DNA of 64,000 nucleotides from the NCBI GenBank assembly GCA_050943215.1, contig JBMNOU010000002.1, positions 4,212-68,211 of the forward strand. Direction: 5' to 3'. Under the pieces are notes generated by a model. The model had not been told where the DNA came from and searched no databases. It saw only the letters and a list, made by a program, of their open reading frames with translations. The DNA is from Christensenellales bacterium (GTDB lineage: Bacteria; Bacillota; Clostridia; Christensenellales; SZUA-584). Made by a program: the position numbers and the translations under genes. Below are positions 48,001 to 58,405 of the stretch, one piece after another (positions within the stretch are counted from its first letter, which is position 1; each line of letters opens with the position of its first letter).

Positions 48001-48421
48001 ATACGGAGAAGTCGTTGAAATCAAAGGAAATGTGGCAATGGTCAAATTCCGCCGTTCATCGGCATGTGGCCGCTGCGGAGCATGCGGCATGCTGTCAAGC
48101 CAGAACGAGATTGTCGTACAAGTGCCCAACGATTTGAATGCTCGGGTTGGTGACGATATAGCGGTTAGCATCAAGATGCAAAAGGCGATAAAAGCGTCTG
48201 TCATCGCTTATGTTTTTCCGCTTATTATGCTGGTTGTAGGCATATTTGTTGGATGGCTGCTGTCTGACGTTTGGAACGTTTTTTCTAATACCGATGTGAC
48301 AATGGCTTTATGTGCAATTATTTTTGTTTTAGTTTCCTTTTTGCTGTTAAAAATCGCTTCCCCGATATATAATAAGACGGTAAGGAATGTTTATACGATG
48401 GTCAGAAAAAAAGACAGTTAG
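47993..48421 (+). CDS. RseC/MucC (SoxR-reducing system) family membrane protein
   Basis: GEVVEIKGNVAMVKFRRSSACGRCGACG is followed by two TM helices. ATG at 47993 is preferred over the ORF-track start at 47954. Confidence 0.75.
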   Translation: MVEYGEVVEIKGNVAMVKFRRSSACGRCGACGMLSSQNEIVVQVPNDLNARVGDDIAVSIKMQKAIKASVIAYVFPLIMLVVGIFVGWLLSDVWNVFSNTDVTMALCAIIFVLVSFLLLKIASPIYNKTVRNVYTMVRKKDS

Positions 48422-48519
48422 CAATATGCGTTATTTGCCAAAATATATGGTGCAGAATGGTAAATAGATGTGGTATTATGAAGTATAATTTAAAAAACAA
48501 AGGGTAAGGGAGACAAAAG

Positions 48520-48846
48520 ATGACAGAAAAAACAGTAGAGATTACAAACGTCAATTTTGATGAAAAAGTTACAAGTTCTGATCAACCGGTATTAATTGAT
48601 TTTTGGGCGGAATGGTGTGCGCCATGCCGTATGCTTTCGCCGGTTATTGAAGAAATTGCACAAATGTATGAAGGGAAAGCCGTAATAGGCAAAGTCAATA
48701 TTGATGAACAGACAGAGCTGGCTCAGCAATTTGGCGTTATGAGTATACCGACGCTACTGCTTTTTAAGGACGGAAAGGTTGCTGGAAAATCAGTCGGCGT
48801 TGTTGGGAAGGATAAAATCTCCAGTATGCTGGACGCAGCGTTATAA
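48520..48846 (+). CDS. trxA: Thioredoxin (active site WCAPC)
   Basis: The 108-aa protein has LIDFWAEWCAPCRM...GVMSIPTLLLFKDG. Confidence 0.9.
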   Translation: MTEKTVEITNVNFDEKVTSSDQPVLIDFWAEWCAPCRMLSPVIEEIAQMYEGKAVIGKVNIDEQTELAQQFGVMSIPTLLLFKDGKVAGKSVGVVGKDKISSMLDAAL

Positions 48847-48909
48847 AAACCTTTCGGTTTTTATAAGGAAAACTTGATATAATCCAAAATTATATATTTC
48901 GGGGTTATC

Positions 48910-49170
48910 ATGGAACCATTAAGAGTATCGACCAAATCTCAACCTAAGTCTGTCGCTGGGGCGATTGCGGCGATGATTAACGATTATCAAAAAGCAGAGG
49001 TTTTAGCTGTTGGAGCGGGCGCTGTCAATCAGGCGATTAAAGCGATAGCGATTACCAGAGGTTTTATGGCGCCTCGAGGTATTGATTTGGTCGTGATACC
49101 TGCATTTGCAAATGTTGAGATTGACGGGGTACTCAGAACCTCAATTAAATTGCTTGTCGAAATTCGTTAA
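48910..49170 (+). CDS. spoVS: Stage V sporulation protein S
   Basis: The 86-aa protein has LRVSTKSQPKSVAGAIA...AVGAGAVNQAIKAIAI. Confidence 0.92.
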   Translation: MEPLRVSTKSQPKSVAGAIAAMINDYQKAEVLAVGAGAVNQAIKAIAITRGFMAPRGIDLVVIPAFANVEIDGVLRTSIKLLVEIR

Positions 49171-49182
49171 TTCTTTGTATTT

Positions 49183-49205
49183 TCGGCAATTGCCGATTTT
49201 TTTTT
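49183..49205 (+). terminator. Rho-independent terminator after spoVS
   Basis: The palindrome TCGGCAATTGCCGA is followed by nine T residues. Confidence 0.75.
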
Positions 49206-49231
49206 GAAATAATGAAAGCGGGTCGTTAATA

Positions 49232-52200
49232 TTGTTTTTAAAATGCATTGAAATGACTGGATTTAAATCTTTTCCGGAAAAAACTGTTATGCATATCAAT
49301 GGGTCTATTACGGGCGTTGTTGGGCCAAACGGCAGCGGAAAAAGTAACGTATCCGATGCCGTCAGGTGGGTACTTGGCGAGCAAAGTGCAAAAACGCTGA
49401 GGGGAAGCGTTATGCAGGATGTAATTTTTGCAGGTACGCAAAAAAGAAGCCCACGTTCCTTTTGCGAGGTATCGTTGATATTCGATAACAGTAGCAGCAA
49501 AATAAACACGGCTTATTCCGAAATTCAGGTGACGCGTAAGCTTTATAGATCCGGTGAGAGTGAGTATTATTTAAACAATGTCAGATGCCGTTTAAAAGAT
49601 ATACTTAGTATGTTTAGGGATACCGGTATCGGTAAAGAGGGATATTCGATTATCGGGCAGGGCAAGATTGACGATATACTTAGCGAAAAATCCACTGAAA
49701 GAAGGCTGATTTTTGAAGAAGCTTCGGGCATTATGAAATATAGGGTACGCAAGGAGGAAGCGGAAAGAAAACTTGAGAGAACGCGGTATAACCTGATACG
49801 CATTGAGGATATTTTGAATGAACAGCAGCTGCGGATAATTCCGCTGAAAAAACAGGCCGATGATGCGGCAAAGTATCTTGAACTTAGCGAGAGGCTCAAG
49901 CATCTTGAACTCAACCTGTTTTTTTACAATTACGATAAAGGGCAGGAACGCATTGTAAAGCTGCGCCAGTCAAAAGAGGGGCTTGCAGAGGAACGTGAGC
50001 AAAAAGAGCTTTTGCTTAAAGACATAGCAGAGCGGCTTAATAGCGAACAGCAAAGTGCAAAGCAGCTCGAGCAGGCCGGAGACGCACTGTCGCAAAAATT
50101 GAGCGGCAGCATGGCAGAGCTTGAGCATATTGAAGGAGAGATAAGGCTATGCAGCGAGCGCACGGCCAACATGGAAAAAGATTCTGCAAGAGTTTCTCAG
50201 GAGTTGGCCGAAGCGCAGGCGAAGACATCAGCAATTTTGGAAAGCCAAACGAAAAATGCAGATAGATTGAGGCAAATCGAACAAGAAGTAGAGAAACACC
50301 GGCAATTTGCTAAAGAGACAAACGGGCAGCTTATGTCGCTCAGCAGTGTTTTTAAAGACAGAATGCAGATAATCGAAACAGTGCAGAGCGATAAAGTTGA
50401 AACAATACAAAAAATGGCCGATGTAAAAAGCACTATCTTTGCACTCCGTGAAAAAGAACAAAATATATTACAGCTTAAGCAAGAGACAATTAAAAGGCTT
50501 GAGCAGATCGAAAAACAACAGGAAAAAAACGAGACAGCTCTAGATAGACTTAAAGAAGACTTGGCTTTGTCAGAGAGCCAGGGCACTGAGCATCTTAATG
50601 CATATAATGAAAAAGTGTTTTTGAAGAATCGGATCATACGGCAAATCTCAGAGGAAAGGAACGCACTTGATACGGCGCGCAGGGAATTTGCGGCATGTAC
50701 GTCTTCAGTTAAAATCCTTCAGGATATGAAAAATAGCTATGATGGTTATATAGACAGTGTCAAAAAGCTGATGGCTGCCGCAAGGGAACACAGCGATATC
50801 GGCAGGCGTATTATTGGACCCTTTGCCAATGTGATCAGCGTACCGCAAAAATACGAAACGGCAATGGAAACTTGTCTTGGTGCTGCGCTTCAAAACATCG
50901 TTGTGGAAGATGAGTATGACGCAAAACATATCATATCATTCCTTCGGAAGAATAATATAGGCAGGGTGACTTTTCTGCCGCTTAAAGCGCTAACCCCACG
51001 GCATCTTTCGGACCAGGAGAGAGATGTTCTGCTTGAGAGAGGCGTTTTGGGAGTGGCAAGCGAGATTATTTCATGTGATAAGACTATAAAAAAAGCGGCT
51101 GATTTTTTGCTGGGCCGCACTGTCGTAGTTGAAAACAGCGATACGGCGATTCGTATCATGCGTGCGTATCAATATTCATTCCGGGCTGTTACGCTAGGAG
51201 GAGATGTGTACCATCCCGGTGGGACGATTACAGGCGGCAGCATCCGTAAAAACAGGGGCGGAATTGTTTCGAGAGATAGAAGAGAAGAGGAACTCAAACA
51301 GCGCCTTGAGCACCTCGGTAACGAGGTATTAGAGAATGAAAAAAAATTGCAGAAAAAATTGTTCGAGCATGATTCATTGATGGCTGAAATCGAGGCTGCA
51401 CGCAAGAATTTGCACGACAATGAGTTAATGATAGCCACCGGTAAAGAGAAACTAGAAGCATTAACTATATCCATCTACGAAATGAAAAAAGCGGCCGACC
51501 AGTTAATACAGGAACGAGAAACATTTGATTCAAATGCAGCTTTTGTCATAAAAGAAATCCGCGAATTAACTGCGCTTAAGCAGGATATTGAGCAATCTAC
51601 CGAGTCTAAAAATAATGATTATAAGCAGCTGGAGGAAGAATATAAAGAGAATGCGGCTGCTATCGAAGAAATGAAAAATAAGCTGCATGATGCTGAAATC
51701 AGCATCGCCGAGTTGCTTAAAGAAAAAACCGCTCTTGTCAGAGACAACGAAAGGCTTAATCGTGAGAAGCAGGACATTGAAAAAGCCGGGGCTTCAAGGA
51801 AAGAGACTCTGCGGTTGAATGAGCAAAGCATTGAAAACCTGTTCATACAAAAAAAAGAGTTTACGTTGCTCCAACAGCAAAGAACGGCTTTGATGGATGA
51901 AATAATAAAACAACAGGAAGACATGCATGCAAAAAGGGATTTGGTCAACAAAATACTCATTGAAAGAAACCAGAGCCTGACGGAGATACGGAAAGAGATC
52001 AGCGAGCTTACCGAAAAAGCGATGCGTTTAGAATTTAATATAGAAAAAGTAGAAGCCGGGATACAGACCGCCCAAAACAGGCTTTGGGATAGTTATCAGC
52101 TGACCTACGCAAACGCATTGCCGCACCGGGAAGAGATCGATGTATCATCTGCCCAGACCGAGGTGGACAATATCAAAAACAGGATGCGTGGTCTTGGAAG

Positions 52201-52786
52201 CGTGAACCCGAATGCAATACAGGATTACGCGGAACTAAAAGAGCGAATGCAGACTCTGACAACCCAAAAGGATGATCTCAATAAAGCGGAACAGGATCTG
52301 CATGAACTGATTTCTTCTCTTTTAGACGAAATGAGGAAAGTTTTTAAAAGCAGTTTTGAGCAGATAAACAGGTATTTTCAGGAGACTTTTCAGGAATTGT
52401 TTGACGGAGGCAGGGCAGAGCTGCTGCTGGAAAACGATCAAGATATCATGGAATGCGGCATAGAAATTGTCGCGGAGCCACCCGGCAAAAAGCTGCAGAA
52501 GATATCACTTCTTTCGGGCGGGGAAAAAGCGCTTACCGCCATTTGTCTGCTTTTTGCGCTGCTCAAACTAAACCCGTCTCCTGTCTGCATACTCGATGAG
52601 ATCGACGCAGCGCTGGATGAAGCCAACGTCAATAGGTTCTCTGAGTATTTGCAAAAATACGCGAAAAATATGCAGTTTATTGTGATAACACATAGAAAGG
52701 CCACGATGGTCGTATGTGACAGCCTATATGGGTTTGCAATGGAAGAGAAGGGAATATCAAAGCTGTTGTCAGTACGGCTGGATTAA
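49232..52786 (+). CDS. smc: Chromosome segregation protein SMC
   Basis: It has Walker A GPNGSGKSN, long coiled coils, a hinge, the C-terminal LSGGEKALTA signature and Walker B ILDEIDAALD. It starts at TTG. Confidence 0.95.
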   Translation: MFLKCIEMTGFKSFPEKTVMHINGSITGVVGPNGSGKSNVSDAVRWVLGEQSAKTLRGSVMQDVIFAGTQKRSPRSFCEVSLIFDNSSSKINTAYSEIQVTRKLYRSGESEYYLNNVRCRLKDILSMFRDTGIGKEGYSIIGQGKIDDILSEKSTERRLIFEEASGIMKYRVRKEEAERKLERTRYNLIRIEDILNEQQLRIIPLKKQADDAAKYLELSERLKHLELNLFFYNYDKGQERIVKLRQSKEGLAEEREQKELLLKDIAERLNSEQQSAKQLEQAGDALSQKLSGSMAELEHIEGEIRLCSERTANMEKDSARVSQELAEAQAKTSAILESQTKNADRLRQIEQEVEKHRQFAKETNGQLMSLSSVFKDRMQIIETVQSDKVETIQKMADVKSTIFALREKEQNILQLKQETIKRLEQIEKQQEKNETALDRLKEDLALSESQGTEHLNAYNEKVFLKNRIIRQISEERNALDTARREFAACTSSVKILQDMKNSYDGYIDSVKKLMAAAREHSDIGRRIIGPFANVISVPQKYETAMETCLGAALQNIVVEDEYDAKHIISFLRKNNIGRVTFLPLKALTPRHLSDQERDVLLERGVLGVASEIISCDKTIKKAADFLLGRTVVVENSDTAIRIMRAYQYSFRAVTLGGDVYHPGGTITGGSIRKNRGGIVSRDRREEELKQRLEHLGNEVLENEKKLQKKLFEHDSLMAEIEAARKNLHDNELMIATGKEKLEALTISIYEMKKAADQLIQERETFDSNAAFVIKEIRELTALKQDIEQSTESKNNDYKQLEEEYKENAAAIEEMKNKLHDAEISIAELLKEKTALVRDNERLNREKQDIEKAGASRKETLRLNEQSIENLFIQKKEFTLLQQQRTALMDEIIKQQEDMHAKRDLVNKILIERNQSLTEIRKEISELTEKAMRLEFNIEKVEAGIQTAQNRLWDSYQLTYANALPHREEIDVSSAQTEVDNIKNRMRGLGSVNPNAIQDYAELKERMQTLTTQKDDLNKAEQDLHELISSLLDEMRKVFKSSFEQINRYFQETFQELFDGGRAELLLENDQDIMECGIEIVAEPPGKKLQKISLLSGGEKALTAICLLFALLKLNPSPVCILDEIDAALDEANVNRFSEYLQKYAKNMQFIVITHRKATMVVCDSLYGFAMEEKGISKLLSVRLD

Positions 52787-52796
52787 CGGTGAATAT

Positions 52797-53702
52797 ATGG
52801 ACAGGAATATATTTGAAAAAATAAGAGGTGGATTAAAAAAGACAAGGGATAACTTTTCGTCGATGATCGGAGATGCGATCGCTTCTTTTAAAAAGATCGA
52901 TGATGATTTCTATGACGAGCTGGAAGAGACGCTTTTGCTGTGCGACATCGGCGTAGACGCATCTCGCCATATTATGGGAAATTTAAGGCAGCGTGTGAAA
53001 GAGCGCAAAATCACAGTGCCTTTGGATGTCAAAGAAGTGCTGAAAGACATTATTACAGACATGCTGACTTTCGACGAAGCAGATCTTAAGTACCCGTGCG
53101 TGATGCTTATTGTGGGTGTCAACGGTGTCGGGAAGACAACCGCTATCGGAAAAATGGCGCATTATTATAAATCCGTTGGCAAAAGCGTATCCCTTGCGGC
53201 GGCGGATACTTTCCGGGCCGCGGCTGCCGAACAGCTGAGTCAATGGGGGGAAAGGTCAGGCGCAAGGGTCGTAAAATATGCAGAAGGTGCGGATCCTGCT
53301 GCAGTTGTATATGATGCAATCGATTCTGCAAAGCATAGAAACATCGACCTTTTAATATGCGATACGGCAGGGCGTCTGCATAATAAAAAGAACCTGATGA
53401 ATGAGCTTTCCAAGATCAACCGCGTAATCGATAAGTCATACAGCGAGGCAGAGAAAAGGGTATACCTCGTTGTTGACGCAACGACTGGGCAAAACGCCGT
53501 TGCGCAAGCGAGGGAATTTAAACAGGTAACGGATCTTTCAGGGCTTATACTGACAAAGATTGATGGAACAGCAAAGGGCGGCATCGTTTGTGCAATATGC
53601 AATGAACTGAAACTCCCTGTCGTTTTTGTAGGTGTCGGTGAAGGTATTGAAGATCTGCAGCCTTTTGACGCAAAAGCGTTTGCAAAAAGCCTGATTGAAT
53701 AA
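52797..53702 (+). CDS. ftsY: Signal recognition particle receptor FtsY
   Basis: GVNGVGKTT, DTAGR and TKIDG motifs are present. ATG at 52797 is preferred, because the ORF-track start at 52716 lies inside smc. Confidence 0.93.
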   Translation: MDRNIFEKIRGGLKKTRDNFSSMIGDAIASFKKIDDDFYDELEETLLLCDIGVDASRHIMGNLRQRVKERKITVPLDVKEVLKDIITDMLTFDEADLKYPCVMLIVGVNGVGKTTAIGKMAHYYKSVGKSVSLAAADTFRAAAAEQLSQWGERSGARVVKYAEGADPAAVVYDAIDSAKHRNIDLLICDTAGRLHNKKNLMNELSKINRVIDKSYSEAEKRVYLVVDATTGQNAVAQAREFKQVTDLSGLILTKIDGTAKGGIVCAICNELKLPVVFVGVGEGIEDLQPFDAKAFAKSLIE

Positions 53703-53707
53703 AATTG

Positions 53708-53736
53708 TTGACAACATAACGTCTACGGTATACTAT
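53708..53736 (+). promoter_or_regulatory. Candidate promoter of the ylxM-ffh-rpsP operon (TTGACA with TATACT/TACTAT at 15-17 nt)
   Basis: TTGACA is at 53708-53713. Overlapping -10 candidates lie at 53729-53736. Confidence 0.45.
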
Positions 53737-53784
53737 GGCTGTGAAGTTATTTAACTTTACAGTATTTTATGGTTGTATGTAGAT

Positions 53785-54120
53785 ATGGGAATAGATTTTG
53801 AAACGGTATTGTTGCTTGATACATATGCGGGGCTGCTGACAGAAAAACAGCTCAGGCTCTGCGATATGTATTATAATCAGGATTATTCGTTATCCGAGAT
53901 CGCTAATATCGAGCATACGACAAGGCAGGCAGCCAGAGATGGCATCGGTAAGGCACGGCAAAAACTGATGGCATACGAAAGCTGCCTTGGTTTGTGTAGC
54001 AAGCGAAAAAAGACATTAAACGCACTGAAAAGAGCGCAGGCATTTGGGCATCAAGAGCCAGGCTTAATAAAGGCATTAGAAGAGATAGCTGATATTTGGA
54101 GGGGCACGAATGGCGTTTGA
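53785..54120 (+). CDS. ylxM: YlxM-family (UPF0122) putative DNA-binding protein
   Basis: It is a small sigma-70-region-4-like HTH protein (YYNQDYSLSEIANIEHTTRQAARDGI) immediately upstream of ffh, as in Bacillus. Confidence 0.8.
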   Translation: MGIDFETVLLLDTYAGLLTEKQLRLCDMYYNQDYSLSEIANIEHTTRQAARDGIGKARQKLMAYESCLGLCSKRKKTLNALKRAQAFGHQEPGLIKALEEIADIWRGTNGV

Positions 54121-55426
54121 AGGACTTGCGGAAAGACTGCAGCATGTCTTTTCTAAACTGACCAACAGAGGAAAGCTGACCGAAGCTGAAGTAAAAGCGG
54201 CGATGAGAGAGGTCAAGCTTGTTCTGCTTGAAGCAGACGTCAACTTTAAAGTGGTCAAAAACTTTATACAGAATGTGACGGACAGAGCGGTCGGAGAAGA
54301 GGTGCTAAAGAGCCTTACGCCGGGGCAGCAGGTGATTAAAATTGTGCGAGACGAGATGGTCAAAGTACTTGGCGAAAAACATGTGTCTGTACAGTTTGCA
54401 TCCGAGCCGCCTACTATCATGATGGTATGCGGTCTGCAGGGATCCGGTAAGACAACGATGTGTGGCAAGCTTGCCAAAATGTGGACAAAAACCGGAAAAT
54501 CCGTAATGCTTGCGGCACTGGATATCTACAGGCCCGCGGCGATCAAACAGCTTGAGATTGTAGCGGGGAAGGCAGGTGCTTTGTTTTTTGAAAAAGGCCA
54601 GCAAGACCCTGTAAAATCCGCGAAACAGGCTGTTGCAGCCGCACAGAGCAAGCTCGTTGACGTACTGATACTCGACACAGCCGGTCGGCTCCATATCGAC
54701 GAAGAGATGATGAAAGAGGTTAAAAATATCGCCGCTGCTGTTAAACCGCACGAAAAACTGCTTGTCATCGACGCAATGACCGGGCAGGATGCGGTCAATG
54801 CGGCGGCTGAGTTTAACGAAAGTCTTGAACTTGACGGTGTTGTTTTAACCAAGCTGGATGGTGATACCAGAGGCGGCGCAGCAATATCCGTTAAGGCAGT
54901 TACCGGAAAACCCATCAAATTTGCAGGTGTCGGCGAAAAGCTTGACGATATCGAGGTGTTTCATCCGGATCGTATGGCGGGGCGTATACTTGGCATGGGC
55001 GATGTGCTATCGCTGATAGAAAAAGCCGAGCAGTCTTTTGAAGCGGATAAAGTAGCGGCGCTTGAGAAAAAGCTTCGCAAGGCGGAATTTACGCTGGAAG
55101 ATTTTTTAGATCAGATGGGTCAGATCAAGAATATGGGAAATCTCGGTGATATGCTAAAAATGCTGCCGGGCGGAAGCAAGCTATCCGGGGTGCAGCTTGA
55201 CGATAGGCAAATGGCTAGGACCGAGGCGATCATCCAGTCAATGACGCCCGAAGAAAGGAGAAAACCGTCGATAATCGGAGGCAGCCGGAAAAAGCGAATC
55301 GCCAAAGGTAGCGGAACTAAAGTACAGGATGTTAACAGGCTTTTGACTCAATTTGAACAGATGACAAAGATGATTAAAAGCATGACAAAACGCGGAAGAG
55401 CCGGCATGATAAACATGCCGTTCTGA
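54110..55426 (+). CDS. ffh: Signal recognition particle protein Ffh
   Basis: [20 protein letters not shown] and the Met-rich M domain are present. Confidence 0.95.
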   Translation: MAFEGLAERLQHVFSKLTNRGKLTEAEVKAAMREVKLVLLEADVNFKVVKNFIQNVTDRAVGEEVLKSLTPGQQVIKIVRDEMVKVLGEKHVSVQFASEPPTIMMVCGLQGSGKTTMCGKLAKMWTKTGKSVMLAALDIYRPAAIKQLEIVAGKAGALFFEKGQQDPVKSAKQAVAAAQSKLVDVLILDTAGRLHIDEEMMKEVKNIAAAVKPHEKLLVIDAMTGQDAVNAAAEFNESLELDGVVLTKLDGDTRGGAAISVKAVTGKPIKFAGVGEKLDDIEVFHPDRMAGRILGMGDVLSLIEKAEQSFEADKVAALEKKLRKAEFTLEDFLDQMGQIKNMGNLGDMLKMLPGGSKLSGVQLDDRQMARTEAIIQSMTPEERRKPSIIGGSRKKRIAKGSGTKVQDVNRLLTQFEQMTKMIKSMTKRGRAGMINMPF

Positions 55427-55446
55427 TAATAAATTTGGAGGAAAAC

Positions 55447-55686
55447 ATGGCAGTAAAGATCAGATTAAAAAGAATTGGTGCAAAAAAAGATCCATTTTAC
55501 AGGATCGTGGTTGCGGACGCGAGATCCCCAAGAGACGGGCGGTTTATTGAGGAACTTGGTAATTATGACCCGATGTCAAAAAAATGCGTTGTAGACGGAG
55601 AAAAGGCCCAAGATTGGATCAAAAAAGGAGCACAGCCAACAGAAACAGTTCGGTCACTTCTGAAGAAAAATGGCGTATTGCAATAG
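55447..55686 (+). CDS. rpsP: 30S ribosomal protein S16
   Basis: [24 protein letters not shown] matches S16. The TTG at 55435 in the ORF track lies within the GGAGG SD. Confidence 0.95.
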   Translation: MAVKIRLKRIGAKKDPFYRIVVADARSPRDGRFIEELGNYDPMSKKCVVDGEKAQDWIKKGAQPTETVRSLLKKNGVLQ

Positions 55687-55698
55687 TTGGAGATTTAT

Positions 55699-55935
55699 AT
55701 GATAGAGCTTGTAAAATACATCGCGCAATCGCTTGTGGATAAACCGGAAGAGGTTAAAGTTACTAAGATCGAAAACGAAAAATCATTCATACTTGAACTT
55801 TCCGTCATGCCTGACGATATGGGTAAGGTGATCGGAAAGCAAGGCAGGATCGCAAAAGCTATCCGTACCGTTGTAAAAGCGGCTTCTTCTAGATCAAAGA
55901 AGAAATATGTGGTTGAGATTGTCGAACATGATTGA
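55699..55935 (+). CDS. KH-domain RNA-binding protein (YlqC-like)
   Basis: The GKVIGKQGRIAKAIRTV KH motif is present. It lies between rpsP and rimM. Confidence 0.88.
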   Translation: MIELVKYIAQSLVDKPEEVKVTKIENEKSFILELSVMPDDMGKVIGKQGRIAKAIRTVVKAASSRSKKKYVVEIVEHD

Positions 55936-56440
55936 GATCGCAAAGATCGTAAAAGCGCAGGGTATAGGCGGTGAACTAAAGACCCATCTTTTTTCTGAAA
56001 ACTACGAAGAATTCAGCAAAAGAGGATTTGCCTACTTAAGACAGGGCGGCATAGATAAGCGGATCACTTATGAAACGGTGAGAACCGCGCCACCGTATGT
56101 ATATCTTCGCATAGACGGTATCAATACCAGAAACGACGCCGAGGAATTGCAAGGCGTTTTTCTGTATCTAGACAGGAAAGATTTTGCTGCACTGGGCGAA
56201 GGTGAATACTATGTATGCGATCTTTTAGGACTGACTGTCGTTGACAAAAAAGGGGAAAAGCTTGGACAGATAAAGGATGTTTTGCAGTATGGCGCGGCGG
56301 ATGTCTATGTTGTGGATGGTGAGAGAGGTTTTATGTTTCCGGCACTCAAGCGTGTGATAGACAAAGTGGATATCCGGCAAGGTATTATCCTGGTAAATAG
56401 TGAAACGCTCGCAGAGGTGGCAGTATATGATGACGTATAA
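55928..56440 (+). CDS. rimM: Ribosome maturation factor RimM
   Basis: IAKIVKAQGIGGELK..., a PRC barrel and the synteny support the call. Confidence 0.9.
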   Translation: MIEIAKIVKAQGIGGELKTHLFSENYEEFSKRGFAYLRQGGIDKRITYETVRTAPPYVYLRIDGINTRNDAEELQGVFLYLDRKDFAALGEGEYYVCDLLGLTVVDKKGEKLGQIKDVLQYGAADVYVVDGERGFMFPALKRVIDKVDIRQGIILVNSETLAEVAVYDDV

Positions 56441-57152
56441 TGTCCTGACGCTTTTTCCCGAGATGTTTTCATCGGTATCCCAATCAAGCATATGGCGAAA
56501 AGCAATAGAGTTAAATAAAGCGGCGGTTAACACCGTGGATATTCGTGATTATTCAAAAGATAAGCACCGGCGTGCGGACGATTATCCGTTTGGGGGCGGG
56601 TCAGGAATGGTGCTAAAGCCCGAACCGATACATGCGTGTTTTGAAGGGATCGTGTCAGTTTGCACGGCGCCGTATCTTAATATTTACATGTCCCCGGGAG
56701 GTAAACCGCTAACACACCATCTTGTTCTAGACCTTATGGAATACGCCAGCCTTAACATACTTTGCGGACATTACGAGGGCGTAGATGCACGCGTATTGGA
56801 TAGGCATGTTGATATGGAAATTTCCATCGGCGATTTTGTGTTGACAGGCGGAGAGCTTGCCGCAATGGTACTTATCGATGCATGTATCCGCCATATCGAG
56901 GGTGTACTCGGGAATAATGAATCAGTAATTGACGAATCGTTTTCTGATGCACTGCTTGAGCACCCTCAATATACCCGGCCAGCCGTTTTTGAGGATAGCG
57001 CTATACCCGAGGTGCTGTTATCCGGACACCACGAGAACGTAGCAGCTTATAGGCGGTGCATGTCGCTGTATGAAACGGCTATGAAGCGCCCTGATTTGCT
57101 GTCAAAAACAATACTGTCAAAGGAAGACATAGAATATATCACACAAAAATAG
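56427..57152 (+). CDS. trmD: tRNA (guanine37-N1)-methyltransferase
   Basis: VLTLFPEMF..., DDYPFGGGSGMV and GHYEGVDARV are present. Confidence 0.95.
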   Translation: MMTYNVLTLFPEMFSSVSQSSIWRKAIELNKAAVNTVDIRDYSKDKHRRADDYPFGGGSGMVLKPEPIHACFEGIVSVCTAPYLNIYMSPGGKPLTHHLVLDLMEYASLNILCGHYEGVDARVLDRHVDMEISIGDFVLTGGELAAMVLIDACIRHIEGVLGNNESVIDESFSDALLEHPQYTRPAVFEDSAIPEVLLSGHHENVAAYRRCMSLYETAMKRPDLLSKTILSKEDIEYITQK

Positions 57153-57200
57153 CCTGCAGACATCCGGGTTATGTCGTATAAGGCTTTTTTTGGATGAAGT
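57151..57200 (+). terminator. Candidate terminator after trmD
   Basis: AGCCT..GACAT-CCGGGTT-ATGTC..AAGGCT is followed by TTTTTT. Confidence 0.5.
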
Positions 57201-57223
57201 GCGGTATAGTATATTAAATCCTT

Positions 57224-58405
57224 TTGACAAAAGGGGTTATTTTGGCAAAGTTTATAATCGTAGTGATGGATAGTGTGGGCATCGGTGCTCTGCCTGATGC
57301 GGACAAATACGGAGACGCTGGGTCTGACACGCTAGGACATATCATCCAGCAGTATAAAGATATTCGACTGAAGAATCTATCGCGCCTCGGTATGTGCAAA
57401 CTTAAAGACCTGCCATGCAGCGGAGACATCATCGGAGCATACGGCAAAAGTGCAGAAATATTTCCGGGTAAAGACACGACGGGAGGGCATTTTGAGATTG
57501 CGGGGCTTGTGCTAGATAAACCGTTTCCGACATTCCCGTATGGTTTTCCAAAAAGTTTTATTAATGCGTTTGAACAGACCGTTGGCCGAAAAACGATAGG
57601 CAATTATCCGGCGTCGGGGACGCAGATTATACAAAGCCTGGGGAGGCATCATGTAGAGACGGGCGATTTGATCGTTTACACTTCGGCGGACAGCGTGTTT
57701 CAAATAGCCGCACACGAGACGGTTGTGCCACTTAAAGAACAATACGCTATCTGCCAAAAAGCAAGAGACATGCTGACGGGAGACATGGCTGTTGGGCGGG
57801 TTATATGCCGTCCGTTCACCGGCGAAAAAGGAAACTATACAAGGACGAAAAACCGAAAGGACTTTTCGATTAATCCACCTGGAAGGACGATATTGACCGC
57901 TGCTAAAGATTCTGGCCTCGAGGTTGCAGGCGTTGGCAAAATAGAGGATATTTTTGCAAACGTCGGGCTTACAAAGAGCAACCATACCACGGATAACGAT
58001 TCTGGCATATCGGCAACGATTGATTATATCCGGCAGGACTTTGACGGGCTTGTATTTTCGAATCTTGTTGATTTTGATATGCTTTATGGGCACAGAAACA
58101 ACACACCTGGTTACAAACAGGCCCTTGAAGCATTAGATCAAAGGATTCCGGAGATACTCGATGCGCTATTTGCTAACGATATTATAATTTTTACTGCGGA
58201 CCATGGATGCGATCCGACCACGGAGAGTACGGATCATTCGCGTGAATATGTGCCCATACTAGTTTACGGCCAAAACGTGATTGCCGGAGTGGATATAGGC
58301 ACGCGTAGGTCTTTTTCAGATATCGCCGCAACTGCAGCTGAGTTTTTCAATATTAGCGACTGGAACACTGGCGAGTCGTTTTATCAACAAATTATTAAGA
58401 GGTGA
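57224..58405 (+). CDS. deoB: Phosphopentomutase
   Basis: IIVVMDSVGIG...GKDTTGGHFE...DHGCDPT matches DeoB. The start may be the TTG at 57242, which has AAGGGG upstream. Confidence 0.92.
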   Translation: MTKGVILAKFIIVVMDSVGIGALPDADKYGDAGSDTLGHIIQQYKDIRLKNLSRLGMCKLKDLPCSGDIIGAYGKSAEIFPGKDTTGGHFEIAGLVLDKPFPTFPYGFPKSFINAFEQTVGRKTIGNYPASGTQIIQSLGRHHVETGDLIVYTSADSVFQIAAHETVVPLKEQYAICQKARDMLTGDMAVGRVICRPFTGEKGNYTRTKNRKDFSINPPGRTILTAAKDSGLEVAGVGKIEDIFANVGLTKSNHTTDNDSGISATIDYIRQDFDGLVFSNLVDFDMLYGHRNNTPGYKQALEALDQRIPEILDALFANDIIIFTADHGCDPTTESTDHSREYVPILVYGQNVIAGVDIGTRRSFSDIAATAAEFFNISDWNTGESFYQQIIKR

